64,000 nt of DNA from an uncultured virus (IMG/VR IMGVR_UViG_3300034019_000699) (taxonomy: Duplodnaviria; Heunggongvirae; Uroviricota; Caudoviricetes): the IMG/VR virus record IMGVR_UViG_3300034019_000699; one strand, given 5' to 3'. Positions within the stretch are counted from its first letter, which is position 1. Each line of letters opens with the position of its first letter. A program made the position numbers and the translations under genes. Below are positions 30,067 to 37,221 of this stretch, in pieces. The notes beneath the pieces were generated by a model, which saw only the letters and a list, made by a program, of their open reading frames with translations, was not told the DNA's origin and ran no database searches.

Positions 30067-30088
30067 AGTATAGCAGGACGGGCTGACA
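30067..30088 (-). promoter_or_regulatory. RecA-NDp/PafBC-type promoter
   Basis: TGTCAG-CCCGTCCTGC-TATACT. Confidence 0.7.
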
Positions 30089-30113
30089 AATGCAAATCGG
30101 GATAGTTAAACAT

Positions 30114-30196
30114 GGGACAAATTGGACATTCCTTAATGTGATTAAATTCACATGATCGTAAAAGTTATCCACAGACTTATCCACAGGCCCCACGTG
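30114..30196. promoter_or_regulatory. operator block: GGACA-N4-GGACA, CRP-type site, two DnaA boxes, CACGTG
   Basis: TGTGATTAAATTCACA 30137; TTATCCACA 30165 and 30177; CACGTG 30191. Confidence 0.7.
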
Positions 30197-30220
30197 TAAA
30201 TTTTGCGGGAATTAAAAGTT

Positions 30221-30247
30221 GAGCAGTTTTAAAACATGCTCAGGTTT
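30221..30247 (-). ncRNA. pseudoknot motif, copy 4
   Basis: AAAC-CTGAGCAT-GTTT-TAAAAC-TGCTC. Confidence 0.6.
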
Positions 30248-30262
30248 ATTAGTAGCCCCCTA

Positions 30263-30691
30263 CTAAATATCTATACGGTCCACACTGGATGATAACCATG
30301 TGACATCATCTGAATTGTAAGATACAGTATCGAAATCAATATCATGAATTAGATTCTGTGCACTTTCTTCATCTCGTGCATTGACTGTAATTGAATAAAG
30401 AACTGTGACTTCCAATTCAAATTCTTTTGTTAACTCAAATCCGCAAATATCTGCAATTGCTTGTGCAGTCTCTTCTGAAATGGTACCGTCGTCCAAGTTT
30501 TCTAAGGTCCACTCTTGCATTTCATTACGCATACGAGAGCGCTCTGCAGCCTCACCATATGAGCGCTGAGTTACTTTTTGAATGTGCTCTTCAAGTTGTT
30601 GAATGCGTTCTTTGTTTTGTACTAGAGTAGTTTCTAAAAACTCTCGTGTCATATAGTGTGTGTCTGTTGCTACTGTGATTGGTTGGTCCAT
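30263..30691 (-). CDS. hypothetical coiled-coil/acidic protein
   Basis: AGAGG SD; follows the 30723 promoter. Confidence 0.7.
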   Translation of the reverse strand: MDQPITVATDTHYMTREFLETTLVQNKERIQQLEEHIQKVTQRSYGEAAERSRMRNEMQEWTLENLDDGTISEETAQAIADICGFELTKEFELEVTVLYSITVNARDEESAQNLIHDIDFDTVSYNSDDVTWLSSSVDRIDI

Positions 30692-30722
30692 GGGGGCCTC
30701 TTTCTGTTAGTTGGTTAATTCA

Positions 30723-30744
30723 ATTGTACTGGGTGCCACTGACA
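30723..30744 (-). promoter_or_regulatory. RecA-NDp/PafBC-type promoter
   Basis: TGTCAG-TGGCACCCAG-TACAAT. Confidence 0.7.
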
Positions 30745-30765
30745 TTTGTCAAGATCCCTTGCGGG

Positions 30766-30792
30766 GAGTAGTTTATACACATACTCAGGTGT
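30766..30792 (-). ncRNA. pseudoknot motif, copy 5
   Basis: ACAC-CTGAGTAT-GTGT-ATAAAC-TACTC. Confidence 0.6.
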
Positions 30793-30847
30793 CTTATCTC
30801 AGGCATACCTACACATCAAGGCGTAGGGCTTAGCAGAGATAAATTAT

Positions 30848-31273
30848 TTAGAGATAACGAGCAACCGCATTGTAAGTGCTGGTGCTAACTACTTCCTCAT
30901 CTGTCATCTTGAGAATACGAATTGCGTTAGACATTTCATCTACCATCTCGTTGTAGGTGTGTCTGTGGATTTGCTCAAAATTACGCTCAGGTTCAGCAGG
31001 AAAGTTTGTTCCGCTTTCTACCTTGATGTCAAAATCAACATTGAGAGTTTTGTTCCACTCACGATAGTTCGTGCGTAGATTTTCTGCCTTTGAGATTTGA
31101 CTAATAGCATACTTTACTAATTGTTCGTTCCAAGCCTTTTGTGCTTCTTGGAACTTTGCTTCGTTCTCATCTTGTGTTTTGTAGTTAGCCTCTAGTTCTG
31201 CTAACTTAGTTTCTAGTGCGTTGATAACTCTCTGTGTAGGTATCTTTACGCTAATTGCTTTTCCTCTTGCCAT
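30848..31273 (-). CDS. conserved hypothetical coiled-coil protein
   Basis: AAAGGA SD; 141 aa. Confidence 0.7.
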   Translation of the reverse strand: MARGKAISVKIPTQRVINALETKLAELEANYKTQDENEAKFQEAQKAWNEQLVKYAISQISKAENLRTNYREWNKTLNVDFDIKVESGTNFPAEPERNFEQIHRHTYNEMVDEMSNAIRILKMTDEEVVSTSTYNAVARYL

Positions 31274-31314
31274 TGGGTCTGTTTCCTTTTCTTTGTTTTG
31301 TTAGGGGGTTGGTT

Positions 31315-31350
31315 GAGCAGTTTATTTATTATCTCATGCTCAGGAGATAA
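31315..31350 (-). ncRNA. pseudoknot motif, copy 6
   Basis: TTATCTC-CTGAGCAT-GAGATAA-TAAATAAAC-TGCTC. Confidence 0.62.
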
Positions 31351-31358
31351 TTGTCAAA

Positions 31359-31523
31359 CTACTTGGCTGTCCAAGTTGTGTATCGTGGCTTGCCATTTAC
31401 ATCTAACTTGACACGAACATTTCCGTTAGCCTGTGGTGTGATTTCTGTGATGATACCACTTACCTTTGACTTTTGAGTTGTGTAGGTGTCGCCTACTTTG
31501 TAAGTTGCGGTTGCTACTGACAT
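31359..31523 (-). CDS. small basic beta-rich protein (54 aa, absent from the ORF track)
   Basis: MSVATATYKVGDTYTTQKSKVSGII...; GAAGGA SD; TTGACA-N17-CATAAT upstream. Confidence 0.7.
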   Translation of the reverse strand: MSVATATYKVGDTYTTQKSKVSGIITEITPQANGNVRVKLDVNGKPRYTTWTAK

Positions 31524-31621
31524 TTGTTTCCTTCTTTCTGTTAGGGTTTTGCTTACTATCTAATTATGACATTTCTTGGGAAAAATGTCAAGTCTAATTT
31601 GAGATTTCTCAAATAGTGAGA

Positions 31622-31792
31622 TTACTTGCTGGTCTTGACCATAGCCAAACGGCGTGAGCCATTTGCTAGAACTAGACTAACTCTGGTAAGTTTATTAGAC
31701 ATTGGCTCAAAACTAGCAATACGACCTGTAATGCCTGTCTTGCTTGTCGTGAATAAATCACCAATTTGGTATTGGTATCCTCCAAGGGTCAT
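31622..31792 (-). CDS. small basic protein, paralog of 31359-31523 (56 aa, absent from the ORF track)
   Basis: MTLGGYQYQIGDLFTTSKTGITGRI...; same leader TAGATAGTAAGCAAAACCC. Confidence 0.7.
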   Translation of the reverse strand: MTLGGYQYQIGDLFTTSKTGITGRIASFEPMSNKLTRVSLVLANGSRRLAMVKTSK

Positions 31793-32026
31793 TGTTCTGC
31801 CTTTCTGTTGTGGGGTTTTGCTTACTATCTAATTCTAGCAGAAAAATGTCAAAAATACCAATTCAGCGGAGGATTTGGGGTGTGTCCTTAATCACATCTT
31901 AAAGGCGTGTCGTGACTTGACAGATCAAAGATTTTGCCCACGTGCCCTTTCGGGATTACTACTGATACAAAAATAAAATAAATAAAAAAAATGCTAAGAA
32001 CATCCATTGTGTTGAATTCATTTATC

Positions 32027-32749
32027 TCATTTCTTACTCGCAGAAAAAATTATGTCACTCTTAGAGTATACACAAAGTGAGCAAGAAACGCAAGCGCTTC
32101 CATTTGTTGAGATAAGCGGAATTTGTTTATTATTCTCAGGACACTTAGCAGCAGGCTTACCAATCATTTCTTTTACATCTGCTTGACCAATAGCAAAATT
32201 CTTAGCAAGGTATGCCATGCGTACGCCACTATTAATTTTTAGGTCTACTGCGGTTTTTACATTCTCGCTATCTGCAGAAAAGTATAGGCTTAGATTATCA
32301 ATACCCTTGAGCATTAGAGCAGCACTTGCTACACGAGTATAAACCCAAAATTGAATTTCAGGATGATTAAGTATTACATGCTTCCATGCGAATGTGTAGG
32401 TATCGTTAAAAAAGTCTCCGTCCCAATGAATACGGAATAGTTTAGGAGCGTCTTTCTTATTGCAGTCTGCAACAAAATCAACAATCATTTCTTCAAGCAA
32501 TGCTTTCATAGTATCATGGTCTGCGTCTTTAAGCAATGCCCAATTGTGTAATAGATTAGTTTTTACTGCGGGGAATAGTCTTTCGAGTTTTCCTGCGTAG
32601 CATACGCTTTCACATACGCTAGTGGCACCAGGGCACGAGAAAGCCTTTCCAGCAGGTAATCCAAATGTGTTTGCGATACTTGCTTGTTTTCCATTTTTTG
32701 TGACAAGGTTAGCCACCTTCCTATCTTTAGAGCGTTTTAGTTTAGTCAT
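32027..32749 (-). CDS. GP88-like protein (Cys-motif, radical-SAM-like)
   Basis: FGLPAG..SCPGAT..C...CYA; FRIHWDGDF; FWVYTR; C..C..C. Confidence 0.75.
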   Translation of the reverse strand: MTKLKRSKDRKVANLVTKNGKQASIANTFGLPAGKAFSCPGATSVCESVCYAGKLERLFPAVKTNLLHNWALLKDADHDTMKALLEEMIVDFVADCNKKDAPKLFRIHWDGDFFNDTYTFAWKHVILNHPEIQFWVYTRVASAALMLKGIDNLSLYFSADSENVKTAVDLKINSGVRMAYLAKNFAIGQADVKEMIGKPAAKCPENNKQIPLISTNGSACVSCSLCVYSKSDIIFSASKK

Positions 32750-32771
32750 GGGGTTCTACTTTCTTTCTTTA

Positions 32772-32793
32772 ATTATAGCGGAGGGGTCTGACA
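32772..32793 (-). promoter_or_regulatory. RecA-NDp/PafBC-type promoter
   Basis: TGTCAG-ACCCCTCCGC-TATAAT. Confidence 0.7.
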
Positions 32794-32944
32794 ATTTTTT
32801 TCTATTGTAGGTTTTCTTTGACGGAACACTTGAGGCAGCATTAGATCTACGCAACTCCATAAGTCTGCGTAATTCCTCGGGTGTTTTCTTTTGTGTCATA
32901 AACTAATCTTAGCATACATGGGATAAAAATGTCAAATCTTAAAA

Positions 32945-32971
32945 TGTGATAAAGATCACACGACGCACGTG
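32945..32971. promoter_or_regulatory. CRP-type palindrome and CACGTG upstream of a TTGACA promoter
   Basis: TGTGATAAAGATCACA 32945; CACGTG 32966. Confidence 0.65.
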
Positions 32972-33010
32972 GGCATTTTTATGCGGGGAAGTGCATAAAA
33001 ATACTTTTAG

Positions 33011-33253
33011 TTATTCTATTGTTTCAATAAAAACATACAACGGAATTAAATCAGTGTAAGAATAATTGGCAAAGTCTAATTCATCAAATTCATTCTTAGT
33101 CTGAATACTCCAATTATCTGCAGTTGAATCACTTTCAATAAACATAACTTCAACAATGTCATCACCGACTTTAATTAAATCGCCAATCATTAATTGATCT
33201 GGCTTGAGTTCATCTGCAAAGATTAGTTCCATGCTATTTATTGTATCAGACAT
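33011..33253 (-). CDS. hypothetical acidic protein
   Basis: GGAGG SD. Confidence 0.6.
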   Translation of the reverse strand: MSDTINSMELIFADELKPDQLMIGDLIKVGDDIVEVMFIESDSTADNWSIQTKNEFDELDFANYSYTDLIPLYVFIETIE

Positions 33254-33471
33254 TTTACTTTCCTCCTACTTTTCCGTCACGATAAAAAATCTTGGTGTGC
33301 ATTTTGCCATTAGGCTCTGAAAAATTGTAGGTTGCATAGTCATCTGCAAATCCCCAATCCACAATTTTATTCCACTCGGTCACTGCGCTAATTGCGTCTG
33401 AATAACGACCAACCCAATGAGGTGAAGTATCATTATCATAGGTTGCAGTAATTGCGTATGAGTATTCCATT

Positions 33472-33768
33472 TTAGTATTCCCTTTCAATAAGCCACGCAT
33501 TTAGGTGGTGTTGTTCAATTATTGCATAAGCGGGGGCAGTAGTCAAACCCTTATAGGTTATTCCTTCGGGCATAGGTATTTCCAAGTCCCATAGTCCTGC
33601 GTCATTTACTGCGTCAATAGCCTCAATACATACCGATACCATAGACTTAGGCACTGGCGGGTAGTGATTAGCAGATAAGTGAATACCTATCTGAGTTTCT
33701 AAATCAAGATGAATACCAAGATTATCAAGTGTTCCGTCTGCCATTTCTGTTGCAAAATTACTTCCCAT
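33472..33768 (-). CDS. hypothetical protein
   Basis: HLSANHYPPVP...IIEQHHLNAWL. Confidence 0.65.
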   Translation of the reverse strand: MGSNFATEMADGTLDNLGIHLDLETQIGIHLSANHYPPVPKSMVSVCIEAIDAVNDAGLWDLEIPMPEGITYKGLTTAPAYAIIEQHHLNAWLIEREY

Positions 33769-34001
33769 TATCGTGCTTCTCCGCTCATTAGTAGTTCAGG
33801 CTCACTTAGTAGCCCATTATCCCAAATAACACTTCCGTCATAGTCTAATAGTAATTCGTAGGGATTACACTCGCAAGTTTCTGAGTCAAAATCCTCGCCA
33901 TTTCCCCAATACAAATTACCTTGACCATTACAAGCATTACAATTCTGTATCGCTCTTAGTGCGTATTCTAATTTATCCATTTTTTCCTTCTTTCTGTTCA
34001 T
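33768..34001 (-). CDS. small zinc-finger protein (CxxCxGxG...CxC)
   Basis: CNACNGQG...TCECN. Confidence 0.6.
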   Translation of the reverse strand: MNRKKEKMDKLEYALRAIQNCNACNGQGNLYWGNGEDFDSETCECNPYELLLDYDGSVIWDNGLLSEPELLMSGEAR

Positions 34002-34007
34002 ACTGAA

Positions 34008-34029
34008 ATCCTATCAGATAGGGCTGACA
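34008..34029 (-). promoter_or_regulatory. RecA-NDp/PafBC-type promoter
   Basis: TGTCAG-CCCTATCTGA-TAGGAT. Confidence 0.7.
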
Positions 34030-34050
34030 TTTTCAACCCTACCCAACCAC

Positions 34051-34548
34051 TCACCAAGACGAATGGTACGAAAAGGACAAATTGGACAATTCGGGTAGAG
34101 CAAGAATACGCTCTAATTGTTCAATAGTATTCTCTAGGTCACGCCAATACCATTGATCGATATCTGTTCCACCAAAGAAAAATCCTTCTTGTGGTGGCAA
34201 TAGGCTAGGGTCTTTATTTTCTAAAGAGTGCTTACAAATCGCAAGCAATTCTATTAATTTATCTTGTGATACATAGTAGTCACCGCAGTCGTCAATTCCT
34301 TTTTGTACATTTTTGACAAACCAATTATGAATCTGATTAGCCTTGCGCCAATAAGCACAAGTCACTTCTACGCTTGCGCCATAGATATCTGTTGCGACAT
34401 TGGATAATTGTGTTAATTCCATTAGGTTGTTGAATTGCGGATATACCGCTTCAGGTGAGTCATAAGATAATTCGTCATTATCTCTTAGTGCGTTCCAATT
34501 CACTTTTTCCAAGTGTTTCTTGGCTAGTAAGTACATATCTAATCCCAT
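34051..34548 (-). CDS. conserved phage protein (MGLDMY...YWRKANQIHNWF)
   Basis: Motifs typical of a widespread uncharacterised phage family; GAAGG SD. Confidence 0.75.
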   Translation of the reverse strand: MGLDMYLLAKKHLEKVNWNALRDNDELSYDSPEAVYPQFNNLMELTQLSNVATDIYGASVEVTCAYWRKANQIHNWFVKNVQKGIDDCGDYYVSQDKLIELLAICKHSLENKDPSLLPPQEGFFFGGTDIDQWYWRDLENTIEQLERILALPELSNLSFSYHSSW

Positions 34549-34576
34549 TGGATTACCTTCTTTCTTTTAGGCTTCT

Positions 34577-34687
34577 AGCCTATCATTTCCTACTGACAAA
34601 ATCAAACCGACACGCCGTAAAATCTGGGGGAATATTAAAATGTGTCGTAAATCACCCTGTGTATAACCCTGTGGATAACCCCACGTG
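34577..34687 (-). promoter_or_regulatory. PafBC-type promoter plus operator block
   Basis: TGTCAG-TAGGAAATGA-TAGGCT 34577-34598; CGACACGCC 34608; CRP-like 34641; DnaA boxes 34658 and 34670; CACGTG 34682. Confidence 0.72.
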
Positions 34688-34695
34688 AAATTTTT

Positions 34696-34722
34696 GAGCA
34701 GTTTTAGATCATGCTCAGGATT
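34696..34722 (-). ncRNA. pseudoknot motif, copy 7
   Basis: ATC-CTGAGCAT-GAT-CTAAAAC-TGCTC. Confidence 0.6.
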
Positions 34723-34826
34723 TGAAAACTAGAATCCGTTTTCTTTTATGTCTTTAATTGCTAATCGCAATAAATAAAATGTTGAAATTAGCAAAGCAAG
34801 TTGCACAAGTGTTGTTAAAAATCTGC

Positions 34827-35027
34827 TCACGCATTTACCTCAATTCCTTTATAGCAAGCAAGAGCAAATCTATTTGCGTCAAATCTTGGATTATCAGTTT
34901 CAAACATTAGAGAAAATTCATCTACCAAATCAGCAAATAAAATTTCTCCTTGCTCATCAAAAACAGAAGTAGCAAAGTAATTGCTAAGAATTTCAGCAGT
35001 TGCGACATAGTCTTTTCGTGTCATCAT
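34827..35027 (-). CDS. hypothetical protein (TRKDY...DNPRFD..RF family)
   Basis: Similar motif at the C-terminus of 60971-61426 (SKEDY...DNWRFNADRF). Confidence 0.65.
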   Translation of the reverse strand: MMTRKDYVATAEILSNYFATSVFDEQGEILFADLVDEFSLMFETDNPRFDANRFALACYKGIEVNA

Positions 35028-35115
35028 TTATGAGCACACTCGCTTTCTATTTCGTGTCCAAATTCATCTACTAATTCCTCGTAGATTTCGTCTAAGTATT
35101 CTAAGTAATCGCTCA

Positions 35116-35322
35116 TTATTCAGCCACCTTTAGAGTAGCCCAAGAATTGCCCTTATTGACTTCATCAAGGACAGGACCGAGAGCAGGCGCAAGCAAATCT
35201 TTTAGCATACTTTCAAGAAAGTGAATTTGAATTTCACTATCTAATTCTAATAGTTGCTTAGCAGTTGGATTATTTTCATCTACCTCAGTTATGAAGTGGA
35301 GAGAGTGTTTAATTGTTTTCAT
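35116..35322 (-). CDS. hypothetical protein
   Basis: AGGA SD. Confidence 0.6.
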   Translation of the reverse strand: MKTIKHSLHFITEVDENNPTAKQLLELDSEIQIHFLESMLKDLLAPALGPVLDEVNKGNSWATLKVAE

Positions 35323-35341
35323 TTATTTTATTTCCTATTCT

Positions 35342-35533
35342 TTAATTTGAGGGGATAAGTGTGCCACGAAGTGTGCCACGAATTGAGAGAGTGTCGCAAG
35401 ACATTTTGACCGCAACGCCTACTGGTAATTGAGTAGGATAAGTTGAGATAAATTGAGCAACCGCACCTTTAGAGGGCAGGCTAATTTTTTTAGTAGAACC
35501 ATTAAAGGTTTCTAGTGTTATAGTGTAAGTCAT
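35342..35533 (-). CDS. hypothetical protein, paralog of 37793-37984
   Basis: TITLETFNGSTK...LPVGVAV; AAAGGAAG SD. Confidence 0.65.
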   Translation of the reverse strand: MTYTITLETFNGSTKKISLPSKGAVAQFISTYPTQLPVGVAVKMSCDTLSIRGTLRGTLIPSN

Positions 35534-35565
35534 TTTGACTTCCTTTCGTTTTTAGGTATAAGACT

Positions 35566-35587
35566 ATCTTATACTATGGGGCTGACA
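35566..35587 (-). promoter_or_regulatory. RecA-NDp/PafBC-type promoter
   Basis: TGTCAG-CCCCATAGTA-TAAGAT. Confidence 0.7.
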
Positions 35588-35588
35588 A

Positions 35589-35801
35589 TTAGTCTGCGTT
35601 TTTTACCGCTAGATAGCGATAGGTATCCTTTAGGTTAAATATTGAGGGATAGTGTGGGCGAACCTGAACCCGATAAGTATCACAATTAGCATACCAAACC
35701 TTATCGGTTTTTTCTGCGTCGATTATTTCGCCATTTATTGAGCGAGAATTGTAAGTCTTGCCAATTAGCAGACTTTCTACATTATAGACATTTGCTGACA
35801 T
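35589..35801 (-). CDS. hypothetical protein, paralog of 36458-36658
   Basis: YNVESLLIGKTY..RS..NGEI. Confidence 0.65.
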   Translation of the reverse strand: MSANVYNVESLLIGKTYNSRSINGEIIDAEKTDKVWYANCDTYRVQVRPHYPSIFNLKDTYRYLAVKNAD

Positions 35802-35832
35802 AGTGTCACTTCCTTTTTTTCTTTAGATAGTA

Positions 35833-36053
35833 AGTATAGCATTTTTGGCTGACATTATCAAATCCAAATTCGGACATTTCCGACATTTTGAATGTGATAC
35901 TCATCACACCGATTTTGCTATTTATTTAATTGTATAAGAGAATACTACCAGATAAATCTCAAAAAGTCAAGGCGACACGCCGTAAATGCGAGATTTATTT
36001 ATGTGACCTTAAACACATTTTGCTTGTGGATAACCTGTGGATAAGTGCACGTG
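35833..36053 (-). promoter_or_regulatory. PafBC-type promoter plus double operator block
   Basis: TGTCAG-CCAAAAATGC-TATACT 35833-35854; GGACA-N4-CGACA about 35872; CRP-type 35893 and 36002; CGACACGCC 35973; DnaA boxes 36025 and 36036; CACGTG 36048. Confidence 0.72.
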
Positions 36054-36269
36054 CAAAATTTGCAAAGTTTTTCTCTGCAATTTTGTTTTTATTTATTTTA
36101 TTTCTTTACACTTAAGTAGTCGCTAATATTTACATACACAATGTATGCAACATAGGCTAATACTGAAACAAAAATAATTTTCATTTATGATCTCCAATTT
36201 CATCTAGCAATTCCCAAAGTATTGGCTCTAATTCTTTAGCAACCAAATCTAATTTATCTTGTAAGTTTT

Positions 36270-36458
36270 TCATAGTGGCAAAATCTCTTTTCCATAGTAT
36301 CCAACTGCTTCAACTAAGTTAATTACACTTTTGTATTCATTACAATTAAAGCAAATTCTATTTTCTTTATTCATAGTGGTTGAGCAATAAACGCAGATAT
36401 TATCTTGAAGGTTAAATCCTAACGCTTCAATTTCATTAAGGGACATAGATATTTTCAT
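36270..36458 (-). CDS. small zinc-ribbon protein
   Basis: CVYC...CFNC. Confidence 0.55.
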   Translation of the reverse strand: MKISMSLNEIEALGFNLQDNICVYCSTTMNKENRICFNCNEYKSVINLVEAVGYYGKEILPL

Positions 36459-36658
36459 TAGTTATCCTCAACCTTCACGCTAATAGTAGCCCAATTATTG
36501 CCATTAAAGCGAATAGCAAAAGCCTTATAGCCTTCGGGAGTATAGACATCGCTTCTCTCAGTAGAGTAGTTAATTTCACCATTAAGGTGTTTTCTCACAA
36601 GAGAGCGAGGATAGTATTGCTGACCATAGAGCAGGTCATTTATTGAATAAGTTTTCAT
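36458..36658 (-). CDS. hypothetical protein
   Basis: GAAAGG SD; follows the 36692 promoter. Confidence 0.65.
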   Translation of the reverse strand: MKTYSINDLLYGQQYYPRSLVRKHLNGEINYSTERSDVYTPEGYKAFAIRFNGNNWATISVKVEDN

Positions 36659-36691
36659 TTAAGTTATTACCTTTCTTTTCTTTACTTAGTA

Positions 36692-36713
36692 AGTCTATCA
36701 GAAGCCTCTGACA
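36692..36713 (-). promoter_or_regulatory. RecA-NDp/PafBC-type promoter
   Basis: TGTCAG-AGGCTTCTGA-TAGACT. Confidence 0.7.
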
Positions 36714-36857
36714 TTTCCTTACACTTATTAGGGTTATCCCACCAAGGGAAGCCCTCATGGTAGGTAGCAGGGGCAAGGACTACCTGACCGCAAGGGCATA
36801 GGTTCATCATGCCTTTAGGGTAGTCGTGTATAGTAGCGAACCTATTCCAAATACTCA

Positions 36858-37064
36858 TTAGTTAGCAACCTGACAAGAACCGCTAAGAGATTTCCAAGCA
36901 GACCAACCGCTAAGGCGGTCTGGGTCTTCTACCCAATAAGAGGTTATGTCTAATTCGCAATTAGAGCAAGTCGCATAGCGGTCATACTCATCACTTACGA
37001 TAGATGATTTAATTGCTTCGTGTGTAGAGAAGCCTAGTTTTTTTAGTAGTGTTTGTTCGTTCAT
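36858..37064 (-). CDS. small Cys/Trp protein, paralog of 37476-37655
   Basis: CSNCELDITSYWVEDPDRLSGWSAW. Confidence 0.65.
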   Translation of the reverse strand: MNEQTLLKKLGFSTHEAIKSSIVSDEYDRYATCSNCELDITSYWVEDPDRLSGWSAWKSLSGSCQVAN

Positions 37065-37098
37065 TTTAGAACCAACCTTTCTTTTTCTTTATGTAGCA

Positions 37099-37120
37099 AG
37101 TCTAGCAGAGGGGTCTGACA
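37099..37120 (-). promoter_or_regulatory. RecA-NDp/PafBC-type promoter
   Basis: TGTCAG-ACCCCTCTGC-TAGACT. Confidence 0.7.
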
Positions 37121-37130
37121 AATCGGGGCA

Positions 37131-37184
37131 TTTATTCGCTAGGCTCACTGTGATTTATCTCACATTTATTTGCTAGGCTCACTG
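37131..37184. repeat. 20-bp direct repeat flanking a CRP-type palindrome
   Basis: TTTATTCGCTAGGCTCACTG (37131) and TTTATTTGCTAGGCTCACTG (37165). Confidence 0.8.
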
Positions 37185-37221
37185 CCCGATTTATCCCTTA
37201 TTTAGTTTTTCTTACTCCGTA

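Noticed and set aside
30221..30247. Pseudoknot motif as a hammerhead ribozyme or preQ1 riboswitch
   Set aside because: It lacks the CUGANGA/GAAA three-stem core and the preQ1 loop consensus, and it lies 3' of genes rather than over an RBS.
20398..32990. Recurrent TTTGCGGG(G/A) motif
   Set aside because: Seen several times, but in both coding and intergenic positions with no fixed geometry; cannot be supported without a k-mer count.
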